Source: Alphaproteobacteria bacterium | Lineage (GTDB): Bacteria; Pseudomonadota; Alphaproteobacteria; JAAXGF01 | Assembly: GCA_963555825.3 (NCBI GenBank) | Contig: CAUVXB020000001.1 | Coordinates: 1,632,001-1,696,000, forward strand | Direction: 5' to 3' | Length of the DNA stretch: 64,000 nucleotides | In this document: one piece after another, positions 20,044 through 29,675 of the stretch | Numbering within the stretch: the first letter of the stretch is position 1 | Layout of the letters: every line of letters starts with the position of its first letter | Notes under the pieces: generated by a model | The model's input: the letters and a program-made list of their open reading frames with translations, nothing else | Databases searched by the model: none | What the model was told of the DNA's origin: nothing | Translations under genes and position numbers: made by a program

Positions 20044-20493
20044 CTAATCCGCCGCGTCAACGCGGATGCGCGCCGCCGCGTGGTCGCCGGGGTCGATCAC
20101 GTAGCAAGCTGCACCATGGTCGCCGGGGTCGATCACGTAGCGAGACGCACCATGATCGTCCGGCTCGATGCGCATGTGCGCCGCCAGATTGTCGCCCGGC
20201 TCGATCACGTAGCGAGCAGCACCATGGTCGCCCGGCTCGATCACGTAGCGAGCAGCACCATGGTCGCCCGGCTCGATCACGTAGCGAGCAGCACCATGAT
20301 CGTCCGGCTCGGTCATAGTGCGAGCTGCCATATGATCTGAATGACTAGCCATAACGCGATCTGATGGCTCGGTACCGCCCGCAGAAACCTCATCTAGTAC
20401 CGTTGGAACCGGTTGGGACGCACGAGCCGAAACATCGTAGAGGACGCCGTCCGCTCCGCGGACCAACGTGCTCTGTCGATCGTCGTGTGGCAT
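20044..20493 (-). CDS. Putative multi-core RiPP precursor or repeat substrate of YcaO-TfuA
   Basis: RBS GGAGG; 52-aa unique N-terminus followed by eight 12-aa units; same strand and directly upstream of ycaO. Confidence 0.75.
   Translation of the reverse strand: MPHDDRQSTLVRGADGVLYDVSARASQPVPTVLDEVSAGGTEPSDRVMASHSDHMAARTMTEPDDHGAARYVIEPGDHGAARYVIEPGDHGAARYVIEPGDNLAAHMRIEPDDHGASRYVIDPGDHGAACYVIDPGDHAAARIRVDAAD
20047..20337 (-). repeat. 36-bp coding tandem repeat, 8 units (consensus DHGAARYVIEPG)
   Basis: Unit TCGATCACGTAGCGAGCAGCACCATGGTCGCCCGGC on the + strand; contiguous with no spacers. Confidence 0.93.
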
Positions 20494-20562
20494 TTTCGCC
20501 TCCGCTGAAGGTTGGCAATGTTCGCAACGTTTGGATATCTACCGAACCGACACGCCATTGTC

Positions 20563-20578
20563 TGTGAACTACTTCACA
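20563..20578. promoter_or_regulatory. CRP-type binding site TGTGA-ACTACT-TCACA
   Basis: Perfect TGTGA-N6-TCACA 70 bp upstream of the precursor ATG; a Crp gene is in the same cluster. Confidence 0.72.
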
Positions 20579-20599
20579 GCGCTCGACGGAACGGGTGAC

Positions 20600-20648
20600 T
20601 CGCCGGCGGCGCGGCCCGTTGGACAATACGGCACAGGAACGCGGGAAT
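20600..20648 (+). repeat. 49-bp exact direct copy of ycaO-internal segment 18997-19045
   Basis: TCGCCGGCGGCGCGGCCCGTTGGACAATACGGCACAGGAACGCGGGAAT occurs at both positions. Confidence 0.9.
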
Positions 20649-20850
20649 AGGGTGTCTGGTAATGGAACAAATCGTAGGGAGGGATGCGTGCCATGGCGAA
20701 GCGAACTAATGGTGTCCGTTCGGAGTCGCGACTTCCTATTCATGGGCTGAAGGCCTGTCTCGATCAACTCCACGACGAGGCGATCGCCCAGGGATATGGA
20801 CTCGTCGCCGCGGAACCTGTCAACGACTTTGAGACAGTGACGATTACGAT

Positions 20851-21852
20851 TTACTGAGCAGTTTCTCCTGTTGTGGGTGTCACAGGTGGGTTGATCCAGA
20901 CGGCTTGGGGAAGGGGATCCGGTTGTGGTATCCCTCGAACGAAGCGTTCGGGATGACGGGTCCAGGCGGCTTGAAGGGTCCGCCCGCGCTGCTCCAGCAC
21001 GCTCTGGGTTCGATTGTGATGCACGTCGTCCGGGGTGAGCATGGCGATCCCGCCATGGCGATGTTCGGTGTTGTACCAAGGGAAGAACGTTCGGCAGAAG
21101 GCGATCGCGGCGGTGATGTCGTGGAAGCGGCCAGGGAAGCCGGGGTGGTACTTCAGGGTCTTGAACTGCGCCTCGGAGAAGGGGTTGTCGTCGGACACCT
21201 GAGGGCGGCTCAGTGAACGGGTCACGCCGAGGTCGGCGAGCAGTTGTGCGGTGCACTTGCTCGTCATCGGCGCGCCGCGGTCGGAGTGCAGGGTGAGCAC
21301 CTGGGGCTGGACGCCCTGTTTATGGCAGGTCTCTTCGATGAGACGACCGGCCAGCGCCGAGTTCTCCCGGTCTGCGACCATCCAGCCGACCGCGTAGCGG
21401 CTGAAGATGTCGAGCACGACGTAGAGGTAGAAGTACGTCCACTTGGTCGGCCCCAACAGCTTGGTGATGTCCCAGGACCAGGTCTGGTTCGGCGCCGTGG
21501 CCACCAGCTCGGGCTTGGTGTACTGGGGATGCTCGCGCTGATTGCGCCGCTCTCGGACCGGCTGATCGGCGGCCAGGATCCGATACATCGTCCGCTCCGA
21601 GCACAGGTAATGGCCTTCGTCGAGCAGCGTCGCCACGACCTCCGCCGGCGCACGGTCGACGAAGCGCGGGCCGGCGAGCACATCGAGGATCTGCTCGCGC
21701 TCGGCTTCACACAGCGCCCGGGCGGGCGTTGGACGGGGCTGCTGGTGCCCGGGAGTTGACCTCTGACGACGGTAGAAGCTCGCCCGTGACACGCCCAGTG
21801 CTTGGCAGGCCGGCGCCACGCCGACCTGCGCCGCAAGCGGTTGGACCGCCAT
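20851..21852 (-). CDS. IS3-family transposase OrfB
   Basis: WSWDIT, LHSDRG and DNPFSEAQFKTLK; TGATG overlap with orfA. Confidence 0.88.
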   Translation of the reverse strand: MAVQPLAAQVGVAPACQALGVSRASFYRRQRSTPGHQQPRPTPARALCEAEREQILDVLAGPRFVDRAPAEVVATLLDEGHYLCSERTMYRILAADQPVRERRNQREHPQYTKPELVATAPNQTWSWDITKLLGPTKWTYFYLYVVLDIFSRYAVGWMVADRENSALAGRLIEETCHKQGVQPQVLTLHSDRGAPMTSKCTAQLLADLGVTRSLSRPQVSDDNPFSEAQFKTLKYHPGFPGRFHDITAAIAFCRTFFPWYNTEHRHGGIAMLTPDDVHHNRTQSVLEQRGRTLQAAWTRHPERFVRGIPQPDPLPQAVWINPPVTPTTGETAQ

Positions 21853-22334
21853 CAAGAGCGCGTTCCGTGTTCGAGGTTCAATCCCAGCAGCCCGGCAACT
21901 TTTCCCTGCACGTCCAGGATCGTGTGCGCGGTGTGCAACTCGTGCTCCAGGCGAGCCACTTGCGCCTCGAGCGCGCGCACCTTCGCATCCAGCGGGTTGC
22001 GTTCGGCCGGTTTCGCGCCGCGCTTCTTCGCGGCCAACTCCCGCAGCGAGCCCTTGCGCCGCGCCTTGCGCCAAGCCGTCAGATGCGAGCTGTACAACCC
22101 CTCGCGGCGAAGCAGGCGGCCCACCTCGCCGGGCTGTGTGCAGCGATCCGCCTCCTCCAGAATCCGCAGCCGATACTCTGCGGTGAACTGGCGCCGCTTC
22201 GGCTTGGCCACAACCTCCGGGTCCGGGGTCGGTCTGGCGCGGCCGGCCCTGGGGGCCTCGTCGCTACGCTCCTCGACCCCAAGGGCCGGAACGGAAACCT
22301 CATTCAATGTCATCGAGTCTCTCTCTGCGGTCAT
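21852..22334 (-). CDS. IS3-family OrfA
   Basis: RRQFTAEYRLRIL HTH and C-terminal coiled coil. Confidence 0.82.
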   Translation of the reverse strand: MTAERDSMTLNEVSVPALGVEERSDEAPRAGRARPTPDPEVVAKPKRRQFTAEYRLRILEEADRCTQPGEVGRLLRREGLYSSHLTAWRKARRKGSLRELAAKKRGAKPAERNPLDAKVRALEAQVARLEHELHTAHTILDVQGKVAGLLGLNLEHGTRS

Positions 22335-22568
22335 CGGTTTTCACCTCCACCGCCCTACAGAAATTCCGAAGGTTGCTGGTGTCTCAGTGATGTTGGCAGA
22401 GAGGGCCGTGCTGATCGGGGCCGCGTCCGAAGCGGTCATCGACGAAGAACTGGAAAGGGCGGCAAGAACGCCGGCACGCGCAGCGCACGGCGTGCATTAG
22501 CGTCACGGCTAAGCGGCTCGGACAATTAGAGACGACGAAGCGCTCACAGAGAGCTATTGTCAAAAGTT

Positions 22569-24369
22569 GACGGGGCGGTAAAAAGTCGATTCCTCATGAG
22601 AGTCGGCTGGATTATAATTGTGCATGTTTACTTTACGCGACCGACGGACTGGGGAATTGTTTGATCGCTGGTCCGATTTCGGGGACAAACGTCGGCGCCT
22701 GATGGAGCAATCCTGGGCCGGGGTTTTTCGGAACCATCTGCTTGTCGAACTTCCGGTTGACGATCTTTGCCGTCACCTTGATGAACGCATGGGCCGACCA
22801 TCGAAGGATCTACACGTTGTCATCGGGGTCTTGCTTTTGCAGCAGCTGCACGATCTGAGCGATGCAGAGACCGTCGAGGCCCTGGCCTTCAATATGGCGT
22901 GGCACTATGCCTTGGACGTGCGCAGCGAAGCGGACAGCTATTTCTGTGAGAAAACCCTGCGCAACTATCGCCGTCTGTTTATCGAACAAGGTCTCGATGA
23001 ATTGCTGTTCCGGTGTTTGACGGATCGGCTGGTGCAGGGGTTCTCTGTCGATACCAGCCACCAACGCATGGATTCGACGGCCCTTCGTTCGGCAATGCGG
23101 GCGCTGACACGACTTGGTATCGTTGTTGAGAGCATCTCGAAGTTTGCCCGTGAGCTTGAGCGATATCATCCCGGTCTGCACGAGCAGATCAGCAAGGAGG
23201 TGATCCGCCGCTATGTCGATCGCGAGGGTAATGGCGCGTTCGCGAATACGGCGCCGAGTGTTTCAAAACGGCGCCTCGGCGAAGCGGGTCAGTATCTCCT
23301 AGCCCTGGTGCTGCAATTCCGTGACACGGCGGCGGCAAAGCTTTCCAGTTTTGCGATCCTGGAGAGGGTTCTGCGCGATCAGTTCGAGATCGTTGATGAT
23401 GAGTATGGCGATCGTGACGCAACGCGCGCCGCGATTCGAGATCCAAAGGATGTGCCGTGCGATACCGTCGGCAATCCGGCCGACCCGGACGCGAGCTACA
23501 ACGCGCACAAGGGTCAAGGATACATGGCGCAGATCGTCGAAACCTATTGTGAAGATGTCAGTAACGAGGCGGTTGCCGCGACACCGGACCTCATCACCCA
23601 CGTGGAGGTCCACAAGATGACGGTGCATGACGGCCATCGCTTAGCCGATGCGCTGGATGATCTGAGCGAGCGCGCGCTGACGCCGGCGGTGATGCTGGGT
23701 GATTCACATTACGGTTCCAGTGACAACATGGCTCTGACGCGCGAACAGAACATCAATCTCGTGGCGCCCGCACGACCGCCGAAAGGCGCCGTCTCGGGAC
23801 GGTTGACGTTGGAGGATTTCACTCTCAACGAAGAAGGCTTGGTCTTGCGCTGTCCCAATAACGTCGAACCGGTTTCAGCCTCGCTCGCCAAAGCCAAGCT
23901 GCAGGCCCGTTTCGACCTCTCCATCTGCCAAAAATGTCCCGATATACTGCGATGTCCCGTGCAGGCGGCCAAGCGTGACGGCCAATTTTCCCGCTTTCAA
24001 TATACCCCGGCCAGGGCTGCCAACCAAAAGCGCCGGCTTTATGAACAAAGCGATGCCTTCCGCAACGTCTACAGATGGCGGGCCGGCATAGAAGCGACCA
24101 TGTCGCGATTAAAGTACCAGATGAACCTGGCTCACCTACGCATTCGCGGCATGCCGGCCATGCGCTACGTGGTCAATCTGCGTGCCCTCGGCCTCAATAT
24201 CCGACGCTGCGCGGCAATCGCACCATAAAAAACGAAGCCAAGGAGAAGCCAAGGGTAGGTAATATCAGGTTTTATCCACCAGCAACGCGGAGACAGGCAA
24301 ATATTCTTCACCGAACCGCAAAGACCTGTACAAGCACGCCATCGGCCAACAACTTTTTATCGCCCCGTC
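22569..24369 (+). mobile_element. IS1182-like element, copy 1 (1801 bp)
   Basis: IRs GACGGGGCGGTAAAAAGT; flanked by parts of IS256 terminal repeats. Confidence 0.88.
22618..24228 (+). CDS. IS1182/IS5-like DDE transposase, 536 aa
   Basis: GRPS...LSD.E N-terminal domain, DST, DSHY and Y..RAGIEATMS.LK; four near-identical copies. Confidence 0.88.
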   Translation: MCMFTLRDRRTGELFDRWSDFGDKRRRLMEQSWAGVFRNHLLVELPVDDLCRHLDERMGRPSKDLHVVIGVLLLQQLHDLSDAETVEALAFNMAWHYALDVRSEADSYFCEKTLRNYRRLFIEQGLDELLFRCLTDRLVQGFSVDTSHQRMDSTALRSAMRALTRLGIVVESISKFARELERYHPGLHEQISKEVIRRYVDREGNGAFANTAPSVSKRRLGEAGQYLLALVLQFRDTAAAKLSSFAILERVLRDQFEIVDDEYGDRDATRAAIRDPKDVPCDTVGNPADPDASYNAHKGQGYMAQIVETYCEDVSNEAVAATPDLITHVEVHKMTVHDGHRLADALDDLSERALTPAVMLGDSHYGSSDNMALTREQNINLVAPARPPKGAVSGRLTLEDFTLNEEGLVLRCPNNVEPVSASLAKAKLQARFDLSICQKCPDILRCPVQAAKRDGQFSRFQYTPARAANQKRRLYEQSDAFRNVYRWRAGIEATMSRLKYQMNLAHLRIRGMPAMRYVVNLRALGLNIRRCAAIAP

Positions 24370-24457
24370 GAATCTTGTGTACGGCGTTGAAATGAAGGCG
24401 GCGTATCCTGGTGATTGTTGATGTCACCACTTGAGCTAAGCCAAGGAAGGATACGCC

Positions 24458-25702
24458 ATGAAAGAGAATACCGTTGTTGCTTTTCAAAACCCATCTGATT
24501 TTCAGAAAGATCCGTTGACGGAAGTCCTACAAGCTGGAGCTCGCGAGTTGTTGGCCCAAGCCGTTGAGGCCGAGGTCTCCGTGTTTTTGGGTAGCCATGC
24601 GGCGCTTGTTGACGCCGCCGGCCGCCGCCGGGTTGTCCGCAATGGATATCTGCCGGAACGCTTCATCCAGACCGGGATCGGCCCGGTGAGCGTGCGCCAA
24701 CCCCGTGTGCGGGACCGGGGGGACGGCGCCATCCGCTTCACGTCGGCGATCCTGCCGCGCTATCTGCGCCGCGCCAAGAGCCTGGAAGACCTTTTGCCAT
24801 GGCTGTATCTGAAGGGCATTTCCACCGGCGACTTCGGGGAAGCCTTGGCGGCGCTCCTGGGGAGCTCCGCGCCGGGGCTTTCGGCCTCCACGATCACCCG
24901 GCTGAAAGAGGTCTGGGGGGTTGAGGCGGAGCGCTGGCAACGGCGCGACCTCACGGCCAAGCGCTACGTCTATTTCTGGGTGGACGGCATCTATTTCAGC
25001 GCCCGCATGGAGGAAGAGAAGCAGTGCATCCTGGTGATCGTCGGGGCCACGGACAAGGGACAGAAGGAACTGATCGCCATCGCCGACGGCTATCGCGAAA
25101 GTGAGCAGTCCTGGCTCGAAGTTCTGCTCGATCTCAAGCGGCGCGGCCTTGAAATGGGTCCGCAACTGGCGCTCGGCGACGGCGCGCTCGGCTTCTGGAA
25201 GGCGCTCCGCCAAGTCTACCCAGGCGCCCGCGAGCAACGCTGCTGGGTTCACAAGACGGGCAACGTCTTGAACAAGCTGCCCAAGGGTCTGCAAAAGAAA
25301 GCCAAGGGGCGCCTGCAAGACATCTGGATGGCCGAAACCAGGAAGGATGCCGAGAGCGCCTTCGACTTCTTCCTGGAAGCCTACGGGCCGAAGTACGACA
25401 AGGCCGCGGCCTGCCTGGCCAAGGACCGCGACGTCCTGCTGACGTTCTACGACTTCCCCGCCGAGCACTGGAAGCATGTACGCACGACCAACCCCATCGA
25501 GAGCACGTTCGCCACGGTTCGTCTGCGCACCTACCGGACCAAGGGCTGCCTGTCGCGCAAGACGGCGATGGCCATGGTCTTCAAACTATGCCAGTGCGCT
25601 CAGAGAAAATGGAGAAAACTCGATGGATCGAACCATCTCGCCGAGATCATTCGCGGCGTCAAATTCGTAGATGGAGAACGCCAGGATCGCGCCGCCGCAT
25701 GA
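24458..25702 (+). CDS. IS256-family transposase A
   Basis: RNGY, WVDGI, GDGALGF, QRCWVH and RTTNPIES motifs. Confidence 0.95.
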   Translation: MKENTVVAFQNPSDFQKDPLTEVLQAGARELLAQAVEAEVSVFLGSHAALVDAAGRRRVVRNGYLPERFIQTGIGPVSVRQPRVRDRGDGAIRFTSAILPRYLRRAKSLEDLLPWLYLKGISTGDFGEALAALLGSSAPGLSASTITRLKEVWGVEAERWQRRDLTAKRYVYFWVDGIYFSARMEEEKQCILVIVGATDKGQKELIAIADGYRESEQSWLEVLLDLKRRGLEMGPQLALGDGALGFWKALRQVYPGAREQRCWVHKTGNVLNKLPKGLQKKAKGRLQDIWMAETRKDAESAFDFFLEAYGPKYDKAAACLAKDRDVLLTFYDFPAEHWKHVRTTNPIESTFATVRLRTYRTKGCLSRKTAMAMVFKLCQCAQRKWRKLDGSNHLAEIIRGVKFVDGERQDRAAA

Positions 25703-25722
25703 TCAGCCCATACACAACTTTT

Positions 25723-27523
25723 GACGGGGCGGTAAAAAGTCGATTCCTCATGAGAGTCGGCTGGATTATAATTGTGCATGTTTACTTTACGCGACCGACG
25801 GACTGGGGAATTGTTTGATCGCTGGTCCGATTTCGGGGACAAACGTCGGCGCCTGATGGAGCAATCCTGGGCCGGGGTTTTTCGGAACCATCTGCTTGTC
25901 GAACTTCCGGTTGACGATCTTTGCCGTCACCTTGATGAACGCATGGGCCGACCATCGAAGGATCTACACGTTGTCATCGGGGTCTTGCTTTTGCAGCAGC
26001 TGCACGATCTGAGCGATGCAGAGACCGTCGAGGCCCTGGCCTTCAATATGGCGTGGCACTATGCCTTGGACGTGCGCAGCGAAGCGGACAGCTATTTCTG
26101 TGAGAAAACCCTGCGCAACTATCGCCGTCTGTTTATCGAACAAGGTCTCGATGAATTGCTGTTCCGGTGTTTGACGGATCGGCTGGTGCAGGGGTTCTCT
26201 GTCGATACCAGCCACCAACGCATGGATTCGACGGCCCTTCGTTCGGCAATGCGGGCGCTGACACGACTTGGTATCGTTGTTGAGAGCATCTCGAAGTTTG
26301 CCCGTGAGCTTGAGCGATATCATCCCGGTCTGCACGAGCAGATCAGCAAGGAGGTGATCCGCCGCTATGTCGATCGCGAGGGTAATGGCGCGTTCGCGAA
26401 TACGGCGCCGAGTGTTTCAAAACGGCGCCTCGGCGAAGCGGGTCAGTATCTCCTAGCCCTGGTGCTGCAATTCCGTGACACGGCGGCGGCAAAGCTTTTC
26501 AGTTTTGCGATCCTGGAGAGGGTTCTGCGCGATCAGTTCGAGATCGTTGATGATGAGTATGGCGATCGTGACGCAACGCGCGCCGCGATTCGAGATCCAA
26601 AGGATGTGCCGTGCGATACCGTCGGCAATCCGGCCGACCCGGACGCGAGCTACAACGCGCACAAGGGTCAAGGATACATGGCGCAGATCGTCGAAACCTA
26701 TTGTGAAGATGTCAGTAACGAGGCGGTTGCCGCGACACCGGACCTCATCACCCACGTGGAGGTCCACAAGATGACGGTGCATGACGGCCATCGCTTAGCC
26801 GATGCGCTGGATGATCTGAGCGAGCGCGCGCTGACGCCGGCGGTGATGCTGGGTGATTCACATTACGGTTCCAGTGACAACATGGCTCTGACGCGCGAAC
26901 AGAACATCAATCTCGTGGCGCCCGCACGACCGCCGAAAGGCGCCGTCTCGGGACGGTTGACGTTGGAGGATTTCACTCTCAACGAAGAAGGCTTGGTCTT
27001 GCGCTGTCCCAATAACGTCGAACCGGTTTCAGCCTCGCTCGCCAAAGCCAAGCTGCAGGCCCGTTTCGACCTCTCCATCTGCCAAAAATGTCCCGATATA
27101 CTGCGATGTCCCGTGCAGGCGGCCAAGCGTGACGGCCAATTTTCCCGCTTTCAATATACCCCGGCCAGGGCTGCCAACCAAAAGCGCCGGCTTTATGAAC
27201 AAAGCGATGCCTTCCGCAACGTCTACAGATGGCGGGCCGGCATAGAAGCGACCATGTCGCGATTAAAGTACCAGATGAACCTGGCTCACCTACGCATTCG
27301 CGGCATGCCGGCCATGCGCTACGTGGTCAATCTGCGTGCCCTCGGCCTCAATATCCGACGCTGCGCGGCAATCGCACCATAAAAAACGAAGCCAAGGAGA
27401 AGCCAAGGGTAGGTAATATCAGGTTTTATCCACCAGCAACGCGGAGACAGGCAAATATTCTTCACCGAACCGCAAAGACCTGTACAAGCACGCCATCGGC
27501 CAACAACTTTTTACCGCCCCGTC
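25723..27523 (+). mobile_element. IS1182-like element, copy 2
   Basis: 7-bp duplication AACTTTT inside the IS256-A right IR. Confidence 0.9.
25772..27382 (+). CDS. IS1182/IS5-like DDE transposase, 536 aa
   Basis: Near-identical to 22618-24228. Confidence 0.88.
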   Translation: MCMFTLRDRRTGELFDRWSDFGDKRRRLMEQSWAGVFRNHLLVELPVDDLCRHLDERMGRPSKDLHVVIGVLLLQQLHDLSDAETVEALAFNMAWHYALDVRSEADSYFCEKTLRNYRRLFIEQGLDELLFRCLTDRLVQGFSVDTSHQRMDSTALRSAMRALTRLGIVVESISKFARELERYHPGLHEQISKEVIRRYVDREGNGAFANTAPSVSKRRLGEAGQYLLALVLQFRDTAAAKLFSFAILERVLRDQFEIVDDEYGDRDATRAAIRDPKDVPCDTVGNPADPDASYNAHKGQGYMAQIVETYCEDVSNEAVAATPDLITHVEVHKMTVHDGHRLADALDDLSERALTPAVMLGDSHYGSSDNMALTREQNINLVAPARPPKGAVSGRLTLEDFTLNEEGLVLRCPNNVEPVSASLAKAKLQARFDLSICQKCPDILRCPVQAAKRDGQFSRFQYTPARAANQKRRLYEQSDAFRNVYRWRAGIEATMSRLKYQMNLAHLRIRGMPAMRYVVNLRALGLNIRRCAAIAP

Positions 27524-27628
27524 AACTTTTGACAATAGCTCCGCCATACCAAGGAGACGCGACTAAGAACCATAGAGATCCTGTACGCTTTTCGCCGGGT
27601 CGGAAGCGAGCCGCGGGCGATGGAATTA

Positions 27629-27908
27629 TACCAAGGGTCAGTGATAAAGGCCCCCAGAGATCGCGTCCGCATTTCGCCGGTGAGGCAAGACAGCCGCGGG
27701 CGATGCAGCGCATCGGCTAGGCGTCCTGACGACCTCCGGCGAAAAGCGGCCGCGACCCGAAGGGCGGCTTGCCGAGGCTCTCGGACGTCGTTGCACCGGT
27801 CTTGCGATGCGCCTCCTATTGCCATACGTGGGCATCGCCGCGACGGGCGCGCCTAGCCGAGAACCACGGCAAGCCGTCTCTAGGGGTCTTTATCACTGAT
27901 CCTTGGTA
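27629..27908. mobile_element. 280-bp MITE
   Basis: IRs TACCAAGG(G/A)TCAGTGATAAAG(G/A)CCC; TTA duplication; no ORF; internal stems. Confidence 0.82.
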
Positions 27909-28013
27909 TTAGGCAGAGCGTTCGAATTCCGTCGACGACGGGGAACCAAATAGGACAAGGGGTCGCGCCGCCCGGGCGCGATCTCCCTTGTTGCATTTGG
28001 GCGTCAGCCGGCC

Positions 28014-29674
28014 TCAGCCGCCGCGCAGGGCGATAGCGCGGCCGGCCTGGGGCAGCCGGGGTAGCGTGGCGTGCCTATCGGCAACCGCGCGGACCCGGGC
28101 CATGGCGTCGGCCGGAAAGGCGGCCGCGCGCCGGCGGGCGAGGTCGACGTTGAGGTAGAGGACCTGATTGGTCGCCGCCAGATAGCCCTCGGCGGCGTGG
28201 CGCATGAAATGCATGACATCGAGCGCCTTGTCGGTTGCGCCCAGAACCCGGCTCTCGAAGCGCAGCGGGTCATCCTCGCGCAATTCGCGCTCGAACACGA
28301 TGTGCGTCTCGTTGGCGAACAGGGCGTGGTTGGTGCGCTTGCGATAGGCCTCGCTGACGTCGAGCTGTGTGAACAAGTGGCGTGCGGCGTCCTCGAAGGC
28401 GAGCAGGTAGTAGCCGAGGTTCATGTGGCCTGATACCAGTGAGCGCCTGAATTGACTCTCGGGATATTCATTGATGGCGGATGATGGCGGATTGTGATTC
28501 TATGGTCTCCCACCAGATGTGGGGGATGTCATGGGATCAGCACTCAAGATACGGGATGATTTGACGCCTTTGGAGCTTCGGCGCTGGGCTCGCGTGGAAT
28601 CGTACGGTCGAGCGGCGGCGCGGGCCTATGGGATCGCGAATGCTTTGGAGGAGATGCCCCGGGCTGATGCCGCGCGGCTTGCGGGGATGGATCGCCAAAC
28701 GCTTCGCGACGCGGTTGTTCGTTACAATGCAAAGGGATTGGAGGGGCTTCACGACCGTCCAAAGGGCTACTCGCCGCGGCGGCTGACGGCAGACGAGGAA
28801 GCGGCGCTGGCGGCGGTCATCATCGCCGGGCCGGAGCCTGAGCGCGACGGGGTTTGCGCCTGGACCCGGGCCGATCTGTGCCGCTGGCTGGAGGAGCGCT
28901 TCGCCAAGACCTACCACCCCTCGAGCATGACCCGGGTTCTACGGCGGATGGGATTTTCCCGCCAGAAGGCGCGCCCGAGCCACCCGCGAAGGGACGCCGA
29001 AGCGCAGGAGCGCTTCAAAAAAGGGGGCTTCGCGACATCCTGAAGGCGACCGCCGCGGCGCATCCCGACAAGCGCCTACAGCTGTGGTTTCAGGATGAAG
29101 CGCGCGTCGGCAACAAGGGCCGGGTGTGTCACCGGTGGTGGCGCAGGGGCGAGCGTGCCCCCGGGACGCGTCAAATCGGCTACCAGTGGGCCTACATCTT
29201 CTCCGCCGTGCGCCCGGACACCGGCGACGACGTCACCCTGGTGATGCCGAGCGTCAACGCCAAGGTCATGGACCTGTTTCTCGCACACTTCGCCGATACC
29301 CTGGACCAGGATGCGCACGCCGTCATGATGTGCGACGGCGCCGGTTGGCACGACGAGCGCGCCCTCACCGTCCCCGACAACGTCACCTTGGCGCTGTTGC
29401 CGCCTTACAGTCCCGAACTCAACCCCGTCGAGCGGGTTTGGCTCTACCTACGCGAACGCTTCCTATCGCTCCGCGTCCTCGACGACACCGAGGCCATCAT
29501 CGACGCCTGTTGCCAAGCATGGATCGACCTCATCGCAGAACCGGATCGTATGCGAACCCTCTGCGCCTATCCATGGATCATGAAGGTGATTTCATAGGCT
29601 CACTGGTATGAGTAGTCGATCCACTCGGACTGGACGGTCGCCTCGTAGGGCGTGATGACTGACGGGTTCGACAT
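28014..29674 (-). pseudogene. Hot-dog-fold acyl-CoA thioesterase split by IS630
   Basis: Removing the IS restores MSNPSVITPYEATVQSEWIDYSGHMNLGYY (WIDYxGHMN motif). Confidence 0.88.
28434..29608 (+). mobile_element. IS630-family element A, copy 1; transposase 28519-29597 via probable -1 frameshift
   Basis: IRs TACCAGTGAGC; TGA duplication; slippery AAAAAAGGGGG near 29017; FQDEAR and YSPELNPVE motifs. Confidence 0.92.
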
Positions 29675-29675
29675 C

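Larger units (their letters stand above)
20811..22404 (-). mobile_element. IS3-family element (type C)
   Basis: orfA plus rve orfB; 4-bp duplication GCCG at 20807-20810 and 22405-22408. Confidence 0.85.
20693..22500 (+). pseudogene. Small (~69 aa) hypothetical protein split by an IS3-family element
   Basis: Removing IS 20811-22404 and one GCCG gives MAKRTNG...CLDQLHDEAIAQGYGLVAVLIGAASEAVIDEELE...VH*. Confidence 0.62.
24370..27541 (+). mobile_element. IS256-family element A, copy 1, with IS1182-like insertions at both IRs
   Basis: Inner IRL at 24370; IRR completed at 27531-27541 (GACAATAGCTC). Confidence 0.85.

Noticed and set aside
20047-20337. 36-bp repeats as a CRISPR array
   Set aside because: Units are contiguous with no unique spacers, keep a reading frame, and there are no cas genes
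18997-20648. DGR template/variable repeat pair
   Set aside because: The copies are identical with no adenine-specific changes, only 49 bp long, and there is no reverse transcriptase
22551-27541. Composite transposon bounded by IS256 right ends
   Set aside because: No flanking target duplication and no cargo; better explained by IR-targeted insertions followed by recombination
28519-29597. IS630-A transposase as a pseudogene
   Set aside because: The same A6G5 slippery site occurs in both copies, consistent with programmed frameshifting
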